Shown in pieces: positions 22,512 to 30,599 of a DNA stretch of 30,599 nucleotides. The position numbers and the translations under genes are program-made. Source of the DNA: an uncultured Candidatus Saccharibacteria bacterium (GTDB lineage Bacteria > Patescibacteriota > Minisyncoccia > Phycocordibacterales > UBA12079); assembly GCA_964383545.1 (NCBI GenBank), contig CAYLHD010000004.1, forward strand, positions 1 to 30,599, read 5' to 3'. Positions within the stretch are counted from its first letter, which is position 1; the number at the start of each line of letters is the position of its first letter. Below the pieces are notes generated by a model. It did no database searches. It was not told where the DNA came from and saw only the letters and a list, made by a program, of their open reading frames with translations.

Positions 22512-23102
22512 ATGAACTATGTAATTGTTGGCCTAGGTAATCCAGGAGAAGAATACGAGAAGACTCGACATAATTTAGGTCGGATTATTTTAGAATATTT
22601 TCGCAAAAAATATGATTGTACTGAGTGGCAGATTAACAAAAAAAGTAAAGGAATTATATCAGAGGGAGAAATAGGGAAATCTAAAGTGATTCTTTTAGAA
22701 CCGGAGACTTTTATGAATAAATCTGGAGCAAGTGCTAAATTTTTTATTACTAGCAAAAAGAAGGCTGAGAAACTGGTAGTAATTTATGATGATCTTGATT
22801 TACCGATAGGGACTTTTAAAATTTCTTTTAATAAAGGAACCGGAGGGCATAAAGGTTTAGATTCCATTGCTAAAAATATTAAGACAAAAGAATTTATCCG
22901 AGTGAGAATAGGTATTTCTCAAGTTACTCCGGCTGGTAAATTAAGGAAGCCAAAAGGAGATCAGAAAATTTTAGATTATTTAATGTCAGATTTTGGTAAA
23001 AAAGATTTTGAAATTTTGAAAAAAATAAAACCTAAAATCTTGAAAGCTTTAGAGACTATTATTGTAGAAGGAAGGATGAAAGCTATGAATGAGTTTAATT
23101 AA
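22512..23102 (+). CDS. pth: Peptidyl-tRNA hydrolase
   Basis: IVGLGNPGEEYEKTRHNLG, PETFMNKSG, VIYDDLDLP, GTGGHKGL, RVRIGI. Confidence 0.98.
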   Translation: MNYVIVGLGNPGEEYEKTRHNLGRIILEYFRKKYDCTEWQINKKSKGIISEGEIGKSKVILLEPETFMNKSGASAKFFITSKKKAEKLVVIYDDLDLPIGTFKISFNKGTGGHKGLDSIAKNIKTKEFIRVRIGISQVTPAGKLRKPKGDQKILDYLMSDFGKKDFEILKKIKPKILKALETIIVEGRMKAMNEFN

Positions 23103-23135
23103 AAAAAGCGTCTCCAGAAAGGAGACGCTTTTTTT
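23101..23135. terminator. Bidirectional terminator between convergent pth and rpsA
   Basis: AAAAAAAGCGTCTCC-AGAAA-GGAGACGCTTTTTTT. Confidence 0.9.
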
Positions 23136-23148
23136 AAATTTTTTAACT

Positions 23149-24261
23149 TTATTTAACAAAGGATAAAGTCATTTTTTGTGAATCTGGTTCAAAGATATTT
23201 ATCTTAAACAAATAACTTTTACCAATCTCTAAAGTTTCTTTCAATTTCTCTTCATTTTCAAATTCTGAAACATGAACTAGACCAGCAACACCTTCTTCGA
23301 TACTTGCCAAAGCTCCGTGTTTGTTAAATTTGATAATAACTCCGCTAACTTCAGAACCTTTTTTGTATTTACCAGCTGCTTTGTTCCAAGGGTTTTCAGT
23401 GAGAGCTTTAATAGAGAGTGAAATTTTTCCATTTTCTATTTCAATTATTTTAACTTTTATCTTATCTCCTGGTTTAAAGAGAACCTTTGGATCTTTAACC
23501 AATGACCAGCTTATTTCAGAAATGTGAATAAGTCCTTCTAATTCATCTTCAATTTTTACGAAGATTCCAAAATCAACAGCACTGGTAACTTCTCCTTCAA
23601 TAACGTCACCAACACTATATTCAGCTACAATTTTACCTTTTTCTTTTTGATTAGGGTCTTTTTCTGAGAAAATAAGTTTATTTTCTTTAGGAAGTACTCC
23701 AATAATAGCGACTGGTAAACTTTTACCAATCATTTTTTTAAGTTCTTCTAGAATTCTGTCTTTGTTTCCATCAACAACTCGTGGATAATGTTCTGCCTTT
23801 AATTGAGATGCTGGTAGAAAACCTTGAACACTTTGCCATTCAATAATAAGACCACCTTTATTAGCCTCTTTAATAGTTAGGTCCATAACAGTTTTGTTCT
23901 TCATTGCTTGTTCAGCTTCCCCCCAAACAATGGCTTGACGAGCTTCTTTGAGAGATAATTCAATGTAGCCATTTTCGTTTTCTCCATCGATTATCTTAGC
24001 AATAATACTGTCGCCAATACTGATATTTTTAAGAACATCTCTAACTGCTAGGTATTCTTTACCAAAAATTATACCCACACCAAAAGGTGGAATGTTAACA
24101 TAAACAGCATTTTTCTCTACGGCGACGATTTCGCCTTCTATCATCTCACCTGTATTAGGTGGTGTTTTAACCTTTTCTAGGAGACCAGACATTATTGAAT
24201 TGTCTATTTCTAGATCATCTCCTATTGTTTCTTCTAAAACTTCATTTTTAATTTGAGTCAT
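23149..24261 (-). CDS. rpsA: 30S ribosomal protein S1 (short, four S1 domains)
   Basis: Repeated S1 motifs (GFLPASQL, FGIFVKI...GLIHISEISW, GALASI...GLVHVSE) and LSLKEA/LSIKAL linkers. Confidence 0.9.
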   Translation of the reverse strand: MTQIKNEVLEETIGDDLEIDNSIMSGLLEKVKTPPNTGEMIEGEIVAVEKNAVYVNIPPFGVGIIFGKEYLAVRDVLKNISIGDSIIAKIIDGENENGYIELSLKEARQAIVWGEAEQAMKNKTVMDLTIKEANKGGLIIEWQSVQGFLPASQLKAEHYPRVVDGNKDRILEELKKMIGKSLPVAIIGVLPKENKLIFSEKDPNQKEKGKIVAEYSVGDVIEGEVTSAVDFGIFVKIEDELEGLIHISEISWSLVKDPKVLFKPGDKIKVKIIEIENGKISLSIKALTENPWNKAAGKYKKGSEVSGVIIKFNKHGALASIEEGVAGLVHVSEFENEEKLKETLEIGKSYLFKINIFEPDSQKMTLSFVK

Positions 24262-24400
24262 AAAGTTTAAAAATAGATGGTCTTTTTAAACAAATTACCT
24301 AAAACTCTGTAATTATCTATTAAAAAGGATTAATTTCTATTTTTGATTAATAATTAAACGAATTACCTTAACTTAATTAAGGCTAATTTCATAGATATAC

Positions 24401-24451
24401 AGTATATATTAAAAAATGGTTTTGTAAATCATTGTGGAGGTGTGATATAAT
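24401..24451. promoter_or_regulatory. Overlapping divergent promoters for rpsA (minus) and the MBL-fold gene (plus)
   Basis: Minus: TTTACA (24428-24423), 16 bp, TATACT (24406-24401). Plus: TTGTAA (24422-24427), 18 bp, TG-A-TATAAT (24446-24451). Confidence 0.5.
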
Positions 24452-24453
24452 AA

Positions 24454-25095
24454 ATGGCAATGATAATAAATTACAACGGAATGGAATCTTTTAAGATTCA
24501 ATCAGGGGACTTTGTCTTGGCTTTTAACCCTATTTCCAAAAATTCAAAACTTAAAGTCACCAGGTTCGGAGCAAACATAGCTTGTCTTAGTGTTAATCAT
24601 CCTGATTTTAATGGAGTAGAACAAGTTAATTCAAAAAGCAAAGAAGCTTTTGTTATTGATGGAGCTGGTGAGTATGAAATAGAAGGTGTGTTTATTAAAG
24701 CTTTTCAATCAGTGACTGAGTATGAAGGCGAAAAAAGGATGAATACTGTTTATTCAGTTGTTTTTGATGGTATAACAATAGGGTTTATGGGTATTTTGGG
24801 TTCAAATGGTATTGATGGAGAACAGAGAGAAATTTTAAATGAAACTGATGTGCTTTTTGTTCCGATTGGAGGAGGTGATGTTTTAGATGCTGCTCAGGCT
24901 TATAAGTTAGCTGTAAAGTTAGATGCAAAAGTTATAATTCCAATGTGTTATAAAGAACACGGTGAAAAGGATGCTTTGAAAAAATTCCTAAAAGAGAGTG
25001 GAAATGGGGATGTTAAAGCTGTCAAGAAGTTAACTTTGAAAAAGAGTGATTTAACTAGTTTAGGGGGAGAAGTAGTTGTTTTAGATGAAGGTTAA
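24454..25095 (+). CDS. MBL-fold (Lactamase_B_3-like) protein with a degenerate metal motif
   Basis: YNGMESFKI, DGAGEYEIEGVFI, DVLFVPIGG, VIIPMCY match the family scaffold. HxHxDH is replaced by SVNHPDFN. Confidence 0.75.
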   Translation: MAMIINYNGMESFKIQSGDFVLAFNPISKNSKLKVTRFGANIACLSVNHPDFNGVEQVNSKSKEAFVIDGAGEYEIEGVFIKAFQSVTEYEGEKRMNTVYSVVFDGITIGFMGILGSNGIDGEQREILNETDVLFVPIGGGDVLDAAQAYKLAVKLDAKVIIPMCYKEHGEKDALKKFLKESGNGDVKAVKKLTLKKSDLTSLGGEVVVLDEG

Positions 25096-25111
25096 AGTGT
25101 AAAATTAGGTT

Positions 25112-25363
25112 ATGGACATCATCAAAAATCTACAAAGTAAACCAGAAAAACAAAAAAAGATTATTATGGTTTATAGTTTGATAATAATAATGTCACTGGT
25201 GGTTTTTGTTTGGTTTTTACAAATGAAAGGTTATGGTTTTTCAGAAGTAAGTGGTACTGAGTTAAAACCTCTGTCTGATTTGAAGAATGAAGTTGTAGAA
25301 GTGTATAACAATTCAGCAGAGGATATTAAGGAAATAAAAGAGCAAATGAGTGATAATATTTAA
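25112..25363 (+). CDS. Small single-pass membrane hypothetical protein
   Basis: 83-aa ORF filling the gap, one strongly hydrophobic segment, -10-like TAAAAT 6 nt upstream. Confidence 0.65.
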   Translation: MDIIKNLQSKPEKQKKIIMVYSLIIIMSLVVFVWFLQMKGYGFSEVSGTELKPLSDLKNEVVEVYNNSAEDIKEIKEQMSDNI

Positions 25364-25423
25364 TGTAATTAGACCTAATTTGTGGTATAATTGTGATAAT
25401 TGATTGTTTAAATAAAAATTAAT

Positions 25424-27901
25424 ATGGCTAAGAATAAAGAAGAAAAAGAACCAGAAAATAACGATATTTCTGAGGAAGAAAAAGGAATTGTTCCAATAGA
25501 AATAAGCACTGAGATGAGAAAGTGCTATCTTGACTATGCCATGTCAGTTATTACTTCCCGAGCTCTTCCTGATGTGAGAGATGGATTAAAACCAGTCCAT
25601 AGGAGGATTTTGTATGCCATGAATGATATTGGTTTAACTTCGACTGCCAAATTTAGAAAATCAGCGACAGTGGTAGGGGATGTTCTGGGTAAATATCATC
25701 CACATGGTGATTCAGCTATTTATGAAACCATGGTTAAGATGGCTCAAACTTTTGTGATGCGTTATCCATTAGTGCTTGGTCAGGGTAACTTTGGTTCCAT
25801 TGATGGTGATTCGGCAGCTGCTCATAGGTATACAGAAGCAAAGATGGCTAAGATTTCTAATGAAATGCTTGGTGATTTGGATAAAGATACTGTTGATTTT
25901 GTACCTAATTATGACGGAACAAGGAAAGAACCTTTAGTTTTACCAGCAGTTGTACCTAACCTATTATTGAATGGTATCCTTGGAATTGCTGTAGGGATGG
26001 CCACGAATATCCCCCCTCACAATCTACGTGAAGTGATTGATGCTACCATTCATTTAATTGAAAATAGTAAGGCAACTACAGATGATTTACTACAGTTTAT
26101 TAAAGGCCCAGATTTTCCTTTGGGTGGAATTATTTTTAACCAAGAGGATATTAAACATGCCTATTTAACTGGACGAGGAGGGGTAGTTTGTCGTGGAGAG
26201 GCTGAAATTATTGAAAATAAGGCAGGGAGGTTTCAGATTATCATTACTTCGATTCCATTTAGAGTTAACAAGGCAGAATTAATTTCTAAAATTGCTGAAT
26301 TACATAGAGATAAGAGAGTCGAAGGAATTAAAGCTTTGAGAGATGAGTCTACTAAAGATATTAGAGTAGTAATTGATTTGAAAACCGGAATTAATCCTCA
26401 AAATCTCTTAAATAATTTATATAAAAAAACTCAACTAGAAGAAACTTTCCATTTTAATGCTGTTGTCTTGGTTGAAGGTATACCACAAACATTATCTTTG
26501 AAGTCAATTCTAGAGGAATTTATTTCTCATCGACGAGTAGTTGTAACTAGAAGAACACAATTCGAGTTGAGGAAAGCTGAAGATAGAGAACATATTTTAC
26601 TTGGTCTCAAAATTGCTCTTGATCATATCGACGCTGTTATTAAATTGATTAGAGCATCTAAGGATGTTTCGATGGCTCGTCTTGGATTGATGAAGAAGTT
26701 TAAGTTATCAGAAAGGCAAGCTAATGCTATTTTGGAAATGAAACTTCAAAAGTTGGCTGGTTTGGAAAGGAAGAAAGTTGAAGATGAGCTCAAAGTTATC
26801 CAGGCTTTAATTAAAGACTTAAAAGCTTTGTTGAAAAGTCCTACTAAAATATTAGAAGTAATAATAGGTGAATTGAAAGAAATTAGCAGAAAATATGGTG
26901 ATGAAAGAAGAACCAAAGTTGTTAAACACGGAGCTAAATCAATTTCGTTGGAAGATTTAATTGATGATGAAGAGAATGTTTTAGTGATGACAGCTGGTGG
27001 TTATGTAAAAAGAATTAATCCAGATGAATTTAAAAAACAAAGACGAGGTGGTGTCGGAGTTGTTGATCTTAACACCAAGGAAGAAGACTTTGTTACAAGA
27101 TTCCTTACAACCAGTACTCACAGTGATTTATTATTCTTTAGTGATAAAGGTAAGGTTTATCAAATAAAGATGTATGAAATTCCGGAAGGAAGAAGAGCTA
27201 CTAAAGGGAAGTCTATTATGAACTTTTTACCATTGGAAGATGGAGAAAAGGTTACTTCTATTTTAGCTATGCCTAAAAACATAAAGAAAGATGAAATGTC
27301 TTTAATGATGGTAACTAAAAATGGTGTTTCAAAGAAAGTTGATGCAGAAAGTTTCTATAGTGTTAGAAGAAGTGGTTTGATTGCAATTAAGCTTAGTGAT
27401 GAAGATGAATTAATTTCAGCTTCATTTGTTGAGGAAGGTGATTCAGTTGTTTTGACTACGACTGAGGGTCAATCAATTCGTTTTGATCAAAAAGATATTA
27501 GAGCTATGGGTCGTTCGGCTGGTGGTGTGCGTGGTATTAAATTGAGTAAAAAAGATGATAAGGTTATAGGGGCTAACATTGTTAAAAAGGGAATAAAGGA
27601 TCAAAAATTATTAGTTGTTAGTAGTAATGGTTTTGGTAAGATGACTGACATTGATGAATATAAAGTTCAGAAGAGAGGTGGTTCGGGTATTAAAACTATT
27701 AAGTTAAATTCTAAAGTCGGACAATTGATTTCTTCTAAAGTAGTTTCAGATAGTCTAGAAGAAATTGTAGCTATTTCTAAGAAAGGTCAAGTAATCAGGA
27801 TTGGTTTATCAGAAGTTCCTGAATTAGGTCGTCAAACACAGGGGGTAAAATTGATGAAATTAAGAAGTGGGGATAACGTTGCTTCACTTGTTTGTCTCTA
27901 A
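25424..27901 (+). CDS. gyrA: DNA gyrase subunit A
   Basis: [29 protein letters not shown] catalytic Tyr, GyrA-box QRRGGVG, six-blade CTD repeats. Confidence 0.98.
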   Translation: MAKNKEEKEPENNDISEEEKGIVPIEISTEMRKCYLDYAMSVITSRALPDVRDGLKPVHRRILYAMNDIGLTSTAKFRKSATVVGDVLGKYHPHGDSAIYETMVKMAQTFVMRYPLVLGQGNFGSIDGDSAAAHRYTEAKMAKISNEMLGDLDKDTVDFVPNYDGTRKEPLVLPAVVPNLLLNGILGIAVGMATNIPPHNLREVIDATIHLIENSKATTDDLLQFIKGPDFPLGGIIFNQEDIKHAYLTGRGGVVCRGEAEIIENKAGRFQIIITSIPFRVNKAELISKIAELHRDKRVEGIKALRDESTKDIRVVIDLKTGINPQNLLNNLYKKTQLEETFHFNAVVLVEGIPQTLSLKSILEEFISHRRVVVTRRTQFELRKAEDREHILLGLKIALDHIDAVIKLIRASKDVSMARLGLMKKFKLSERQANAILEMKLQKLAGLERKKVEDELKVIQALIKDLKALLKSPTKILEVIIGELKEISRKYGDERRTKVVKHGAKSISLEDLIDDEENVLVMTAGGYVKRINPDEFKKQRRGGVGVVDLNTKEEDFVTRFLTTSTHSDLLFFSDKGKVYQIKMYEIPEGRRATKGKSIMNFLPLEDGEKVTSILAMPKNIKKDEMSLMMVTKNGVSKKVDAESFYSVRRSGLIAIKLSDEDELISASFVEEGDSVVLTTTEGQSIRFDQKDIRAMGRSAGGVRGIKLSKKDDKVIGANIVKKGIKDQKLLVVSSNGFGKMTDIDEYKVQKRGGSGIKTIKLNSKVGQLISSKVVSDSLEEIVAISKKGQVIRIGLSEVPELGRQTQGVKLMKLRSGDNVASLVCL

Positions 27902-27918
27902 TGTAGTATAATATTTGT

Positions 27919-28503
27919 ATGGCTTTTACTTCTCCACAAAATAATATAGATCAGTTTGGTTTAAGTAAGGGAATGTATGTAGCCGACATGGGTGCTGGTT
28001 CTGGTGCTTATGCTATTGCGGCAGCTAGAAAGGTGGGGGAGGAAGGAAAAGTAAAAGCTGTGGGGGTCCAGAAAGAACTTTTGGGAAGAATTCGTGACAC
28101 AGCTGTTTCTGAGCATCTTTTTAATGTTGAAGCTATTTGGGGAGATATAGAAAAAAATGGTGGAACAAGGTTAAGAGATGAATCAATGGATGCTGTGATA
28201 ATTTCTAATGTTTTGTTTCAATCAGTTGAGAAAGGAAATCTTGTTCGGGAAGCTTTTCGTATTTTAAAACCTAATAGGAAAGTTCTTTTCATAGAATGGT
28301 CAGGTTCCCATGGTGGTTTAGGCCCAATGTTAGAAGAGGTAGTTCTTCCAGATATAGCTAAAAAATTATTTACTGACAATGGATTTGAGTATGAAAAAGA
28401 TATTTATGCTAGTGATAATCATTACGGTATAATTTTTAGAAAAAAGACGACATCTTCAGGAGTAAAAGTTGAAGTTAAGTCTGAAGAAGTTAAACCTGAT
28501 TAA
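27919..28503 (+). CDS. Class I SAM-dependent methyltransferase-fold protein
   Basis: VADMGAGSG motif I, WGDIE, MDAVIISNVLF, EAFRILKPNRKVLFIEW. Confidence 0.85.
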   Translation: MAFTSPQNNIDQFGLSKGMYVADMGAGSGAYAIAAARKVGEEGKVKAVGVQKELLGRIRDTAVSEHLFNVEAIWGDIEKNGGTRLRDESMDAVIISNVLFQSVEKGNLVREAFRILKPNRKVLFIEWSGSHGGLGPMLEEVVLPDIAKKLFTDNGFEYEKDIYASDNHYGIIFRKKTTSSGVKVEVKSEEVKPD

Positions 28504-28522
28504 TTCTTTTATATAAATTATT

Positions 28523-29815
28523 GTGTCAAAATTCCAAATTATCTTAATAACGGTTTTTTCTATCTTTATTGCGGTTGGTGTTATTTTGTTTGCGACTGCA
28601 GGAGGTGGTAATGATCCAAGTAAGTTAGTTGGTAATGTTGCTATTTGGGGAACAGTTGATCAATCAATTATGGATGGTTTACTTTTAAATTTGTCTACTT
28701 TGGATAAAAGTTTTAAAGGTGTTACTTATGAAGAAAAAGATGAACAAAATTTTGATATGATTTTGGTTGAAGCAATTGCTTCTGGTTCTGGTCCTGATCT
28801 TTTTATGTTGCCACAATCTGAAATACTTAAAAAACAAAATAAGATAACAGCTATTCCTTATCAAAGTTTTTCTGAAAGAGATTTTAAAAATTATTTTATA
28901 GAAGAAGCTGAACTTTATTTAAGAGAGGATGGTATTTTAGCTTTACCTTTTATGGTGGATCCTCTCGTAATGTATTGGAATAGAAGTTTGTTTACAGGAG
29001 CCGGTGTGGCTCAACCTCCACATTTATGGGACGAATTTTTTGTTTTAGCTAAAAAGATAACCAAGATGGATGAATTTAAAAATCTTTCTTTGAGTGCTGT
29101 GTCTTTTGGTGAGTTCGTTAATGTTGATCATGCTAAGGAAATCTTAGCAACTTTGATTATGCAGTCTGGCAACCCAATTGTTTTTAGAGATACTGAAGAT
29201 AAAATAAATGTTTCGTTACGTGATATTTATGATAGTAATACTACTCCAACTGAGTCAGCTTTGAGATTTTTTACTGAATTCTCTAATCCTATTAAAGAAA
29301 CATATTCTTGGAATAGAGCTATGGATGATTCCAAGATTGCTTTTCTGTCTGGAGATTTAGCAATTTATTTTGGTTTTGCTAGTGAACTGAAGGATATAAA
29401 ATTAAAAAATCCTAATTTGAATTTTGATATTGCCTATATGCCTCAGACAGAAAATCTTAAAAATAATGTAACCTTTGGAAATATGCAGGCCTTAGCTCTT
29501 AGCCGAGGAAGTAAAAATATAGCAGGAGCTTTTAGTGTTATGACAAATTTGATTAAAGATGAATCATTGATTTATCTTAATCAACTGACTGGCTTGCCTC
29601 CCGTTTCTAGAACTTTATTATCTCAAGGTGTAATAGATCCTGACCAAGAAATTCTTTTCCAATCAGCACTTTCATCGAAAGGTTTTCTTGATCCGGATGA
29701 TGAAGATACTAATTTAATTTTTCAGGATATGGTAGAGGCAGTGGTATCTGGTAGAAGGAATTATAGTGAAGCTGTGTCTTGGGCTAACTCTGAGTTAGAG
29801 GCATTAATAAAATAA
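28523..29815 (+). CDS. Membrane-anchored extracellular solute-binding protein (family 1, sugar-binding-like fold)
   Basis: N-terminal TM helix, IWG, AIASGSGPDLF, LPFMVDPLVMYWNRSLF, FLSGDLAIYFG. GTG start. Confidence 0.85.
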   Translation: MSKFQIILITVFSIFIAVGVILFATAGGGNDPSKLVGNVAIWGTVDQSIMDGLLLNLSTLDKSFKGVTYEEKDEQNFDMILVEAIASGSGPDLFMLPQSEILKKQNKITAIPYQSFSERDFKNYFIEEAELYLREDGILALPFMVDPLVMYWNRSLFTGAGVAQPPHLWDEFFVLAKKITKMDEFKNLSLSAVSFGEFVNVDHAKEILATLIMQSGNPIVFRDTEDKINVSLRDIYDSNTTPTESALRFFTEFSNPIKETYSWNRAMDDSKIAFLSGDLAIYFGFASELKDIKLKNPNLNFDIAYMPQTENLKNNVTFGNMQALALSRGSKNIAGAFSVMTNLIKDESLIYLNQLTGLPPVSRTLLSQGVIDPDQEILFQSALSSKGFLDPDDEDTNLIFQDMVEAVVSGRRNYSEAVSWANSELEALIK

Positions 29816-29818
29816 TAT

Positions 29819-30184
29819 ATGAAAAAAACGATTACAAATTTAACAGCTTTTATTTTAATTTTTACACCGTTGTTTGCTTCTGCTACTCTTGTAACCTGTG
29901 GAAATGAAGGTCAAGCAGCCTGTGGTTTTACGGATCTTATTATTTTGGTAAAGAGTTTACTTACCTATATCCTTGTTATTGCAGCTCCGTTGGCATCTAT
30001 AATGTTTGCCTATGCTGGATTTATTTACATGACTTCTCAAGGTAATTCTAGTAAAAGGACTAAAGCTAATCAAATTTTTACTAATGTTGGAATAGGTTTA
30101 TTTTTCATAGCTGGAGCTTGGTTGATTGTTAAAGCTGTGATAGTTGGTTTAGGAGCTGACAGCACTAGTTATTTAGATCTTTAA
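29819..30184 (+). CDS. TrbC/VirB2-like pilin
   Basis: Signal peptide ending FASA, C-x7-C loop, two hydrophobic helices joined by YAGFIYMTSQGN...KA. Confidence 0.8.
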   Translation: MKKTITNLTAFILIFTPLFASATLVTCGNEGQAACGFTDLIILVKSLLTYILVIAAPLASIMFAYAGFIYMTSQGNSSKRTKANQIFTNVGIGLFFIAGAWLIVKAVIVGLGADSTSYLDL

Positions 30185-30202
30185 TAAATTAAATTATTTC
30201 TC

Positions 30203-30571
30203 ATGATTAAAAAAAACTTTAATAGAATAAAATATTTAGCGACTTATTTAGCTTTGTTTTTACCATTTGGTTTTGTGAAAGGAGAAGATGCTGTTATTAT
30301 TCCAGTAAAATTAGACAATCCAATTAAAGCAGAGTCATTTGAAGCATTGGTTACGGCTATTTTGGAAGTGGTGGTTGCTATTGGAACACCAATAGCTATT
30401 TTGGCTATTATCTATTCTGGTTTCTTATTTGTAAAAGCACAGGGTAAACCGGAAGCTTTAAAAACAGCTAGAGAGGCTCTTATTTGGACAATTGTGGGAG
30501 TGGCTGTTTTGTTGGGGGCAAGATTATTGGCAACTGTGATACAAGGAACTATTACAGGTTTAGGAGCTTGA
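30203..30571 (+). CDS. TrbC/VirB2-like pilin
   Basis: Signal peptide, LDNPI motif, two helices joined by YSGFLFVKAQGKPEALKTA. Confidence 0.8.
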   Translation: MIKKNFNRIKYLATYLALFLPFGFVKGEDAVIIPVKLDNPIKAESFEALVTAILEVVVAIGTPIAILAIIYSGFLFVKAQGKPEALKTAREALIWTIVGVAVLLGARLLATVIQGTITGLGA

Positions 30572-30599
30572 TTAATTTAGTTGATAATAAAAAAAAGGG

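Noticed and set aside
17703-23527. Antisense ORFs 17703-18059, 20323-20592, 22517-22756 and 23321-23527
   Set aside because: Fully or mostly opposite ftsZ, rpsU, pth and rpsA; no independent support.
25424-27901. gyrA without adjacent gyrB; possible ParC identity or quinolone-resistance allele
   Set aside because: The GyrA-box is present, split gyrA/gyrB is common, and the [10 protein letters not shown] region is wild-type-like.
1-30599. Alternative genetic code (TGA as Gly, as in Gracilibacteria/Absconditabacteria)
   Set aside because: Long conserved genes are uninterrupted in code 11, and the last pilin ends at TGA.

Overview
AT-rich chromosomal window in genetic code 11 (TGA acts as stop, Trp is TGG). 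Gene content and style point to a Patescibacteria/Parcubacteria (CPR) bacterium; this is an inference, no search was run. Most of it is housekeeping: ychF, leuS, mltG, Hsp20, PrsW-family protease, a short valS, tsaD, tRNA-Ser(CGA), tRNA-Glu(TTC), tRNA-Val(GAC), DUF389 protein, trxB, ftsZ, ftsA, ybeY, rpsU, a degenerate HisRS-like protein, lepB, pth, rpsA and gyrA. At the right edge a methyltransferase / solute-binding protein / VirB2-like pilin cluster begins. The most unusual region is 14238-15257. Two different tRNA genes there share one architecture: an upstream direct copy of their own 5' end, a downstream inverted copy of their 3' end and a further direct 3' copy. The 140-200 bp spacers are rich in GNA-triloop and tandem-GA mini-hairpins on the tRNA sense strand. 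Other points: an unlisted 54-aa basic peptide gene with its own promoter, SD and terminator next to an M16 peptidase, bracketed by a diverged coding duplication; a recurrent -10 box 6-7 nt before ATG that suggests leaderless mRNAs; and several proteins with lost domains or catalytic motifs. No CRISPR array, rRNA, integrase or transposase gene was seen.
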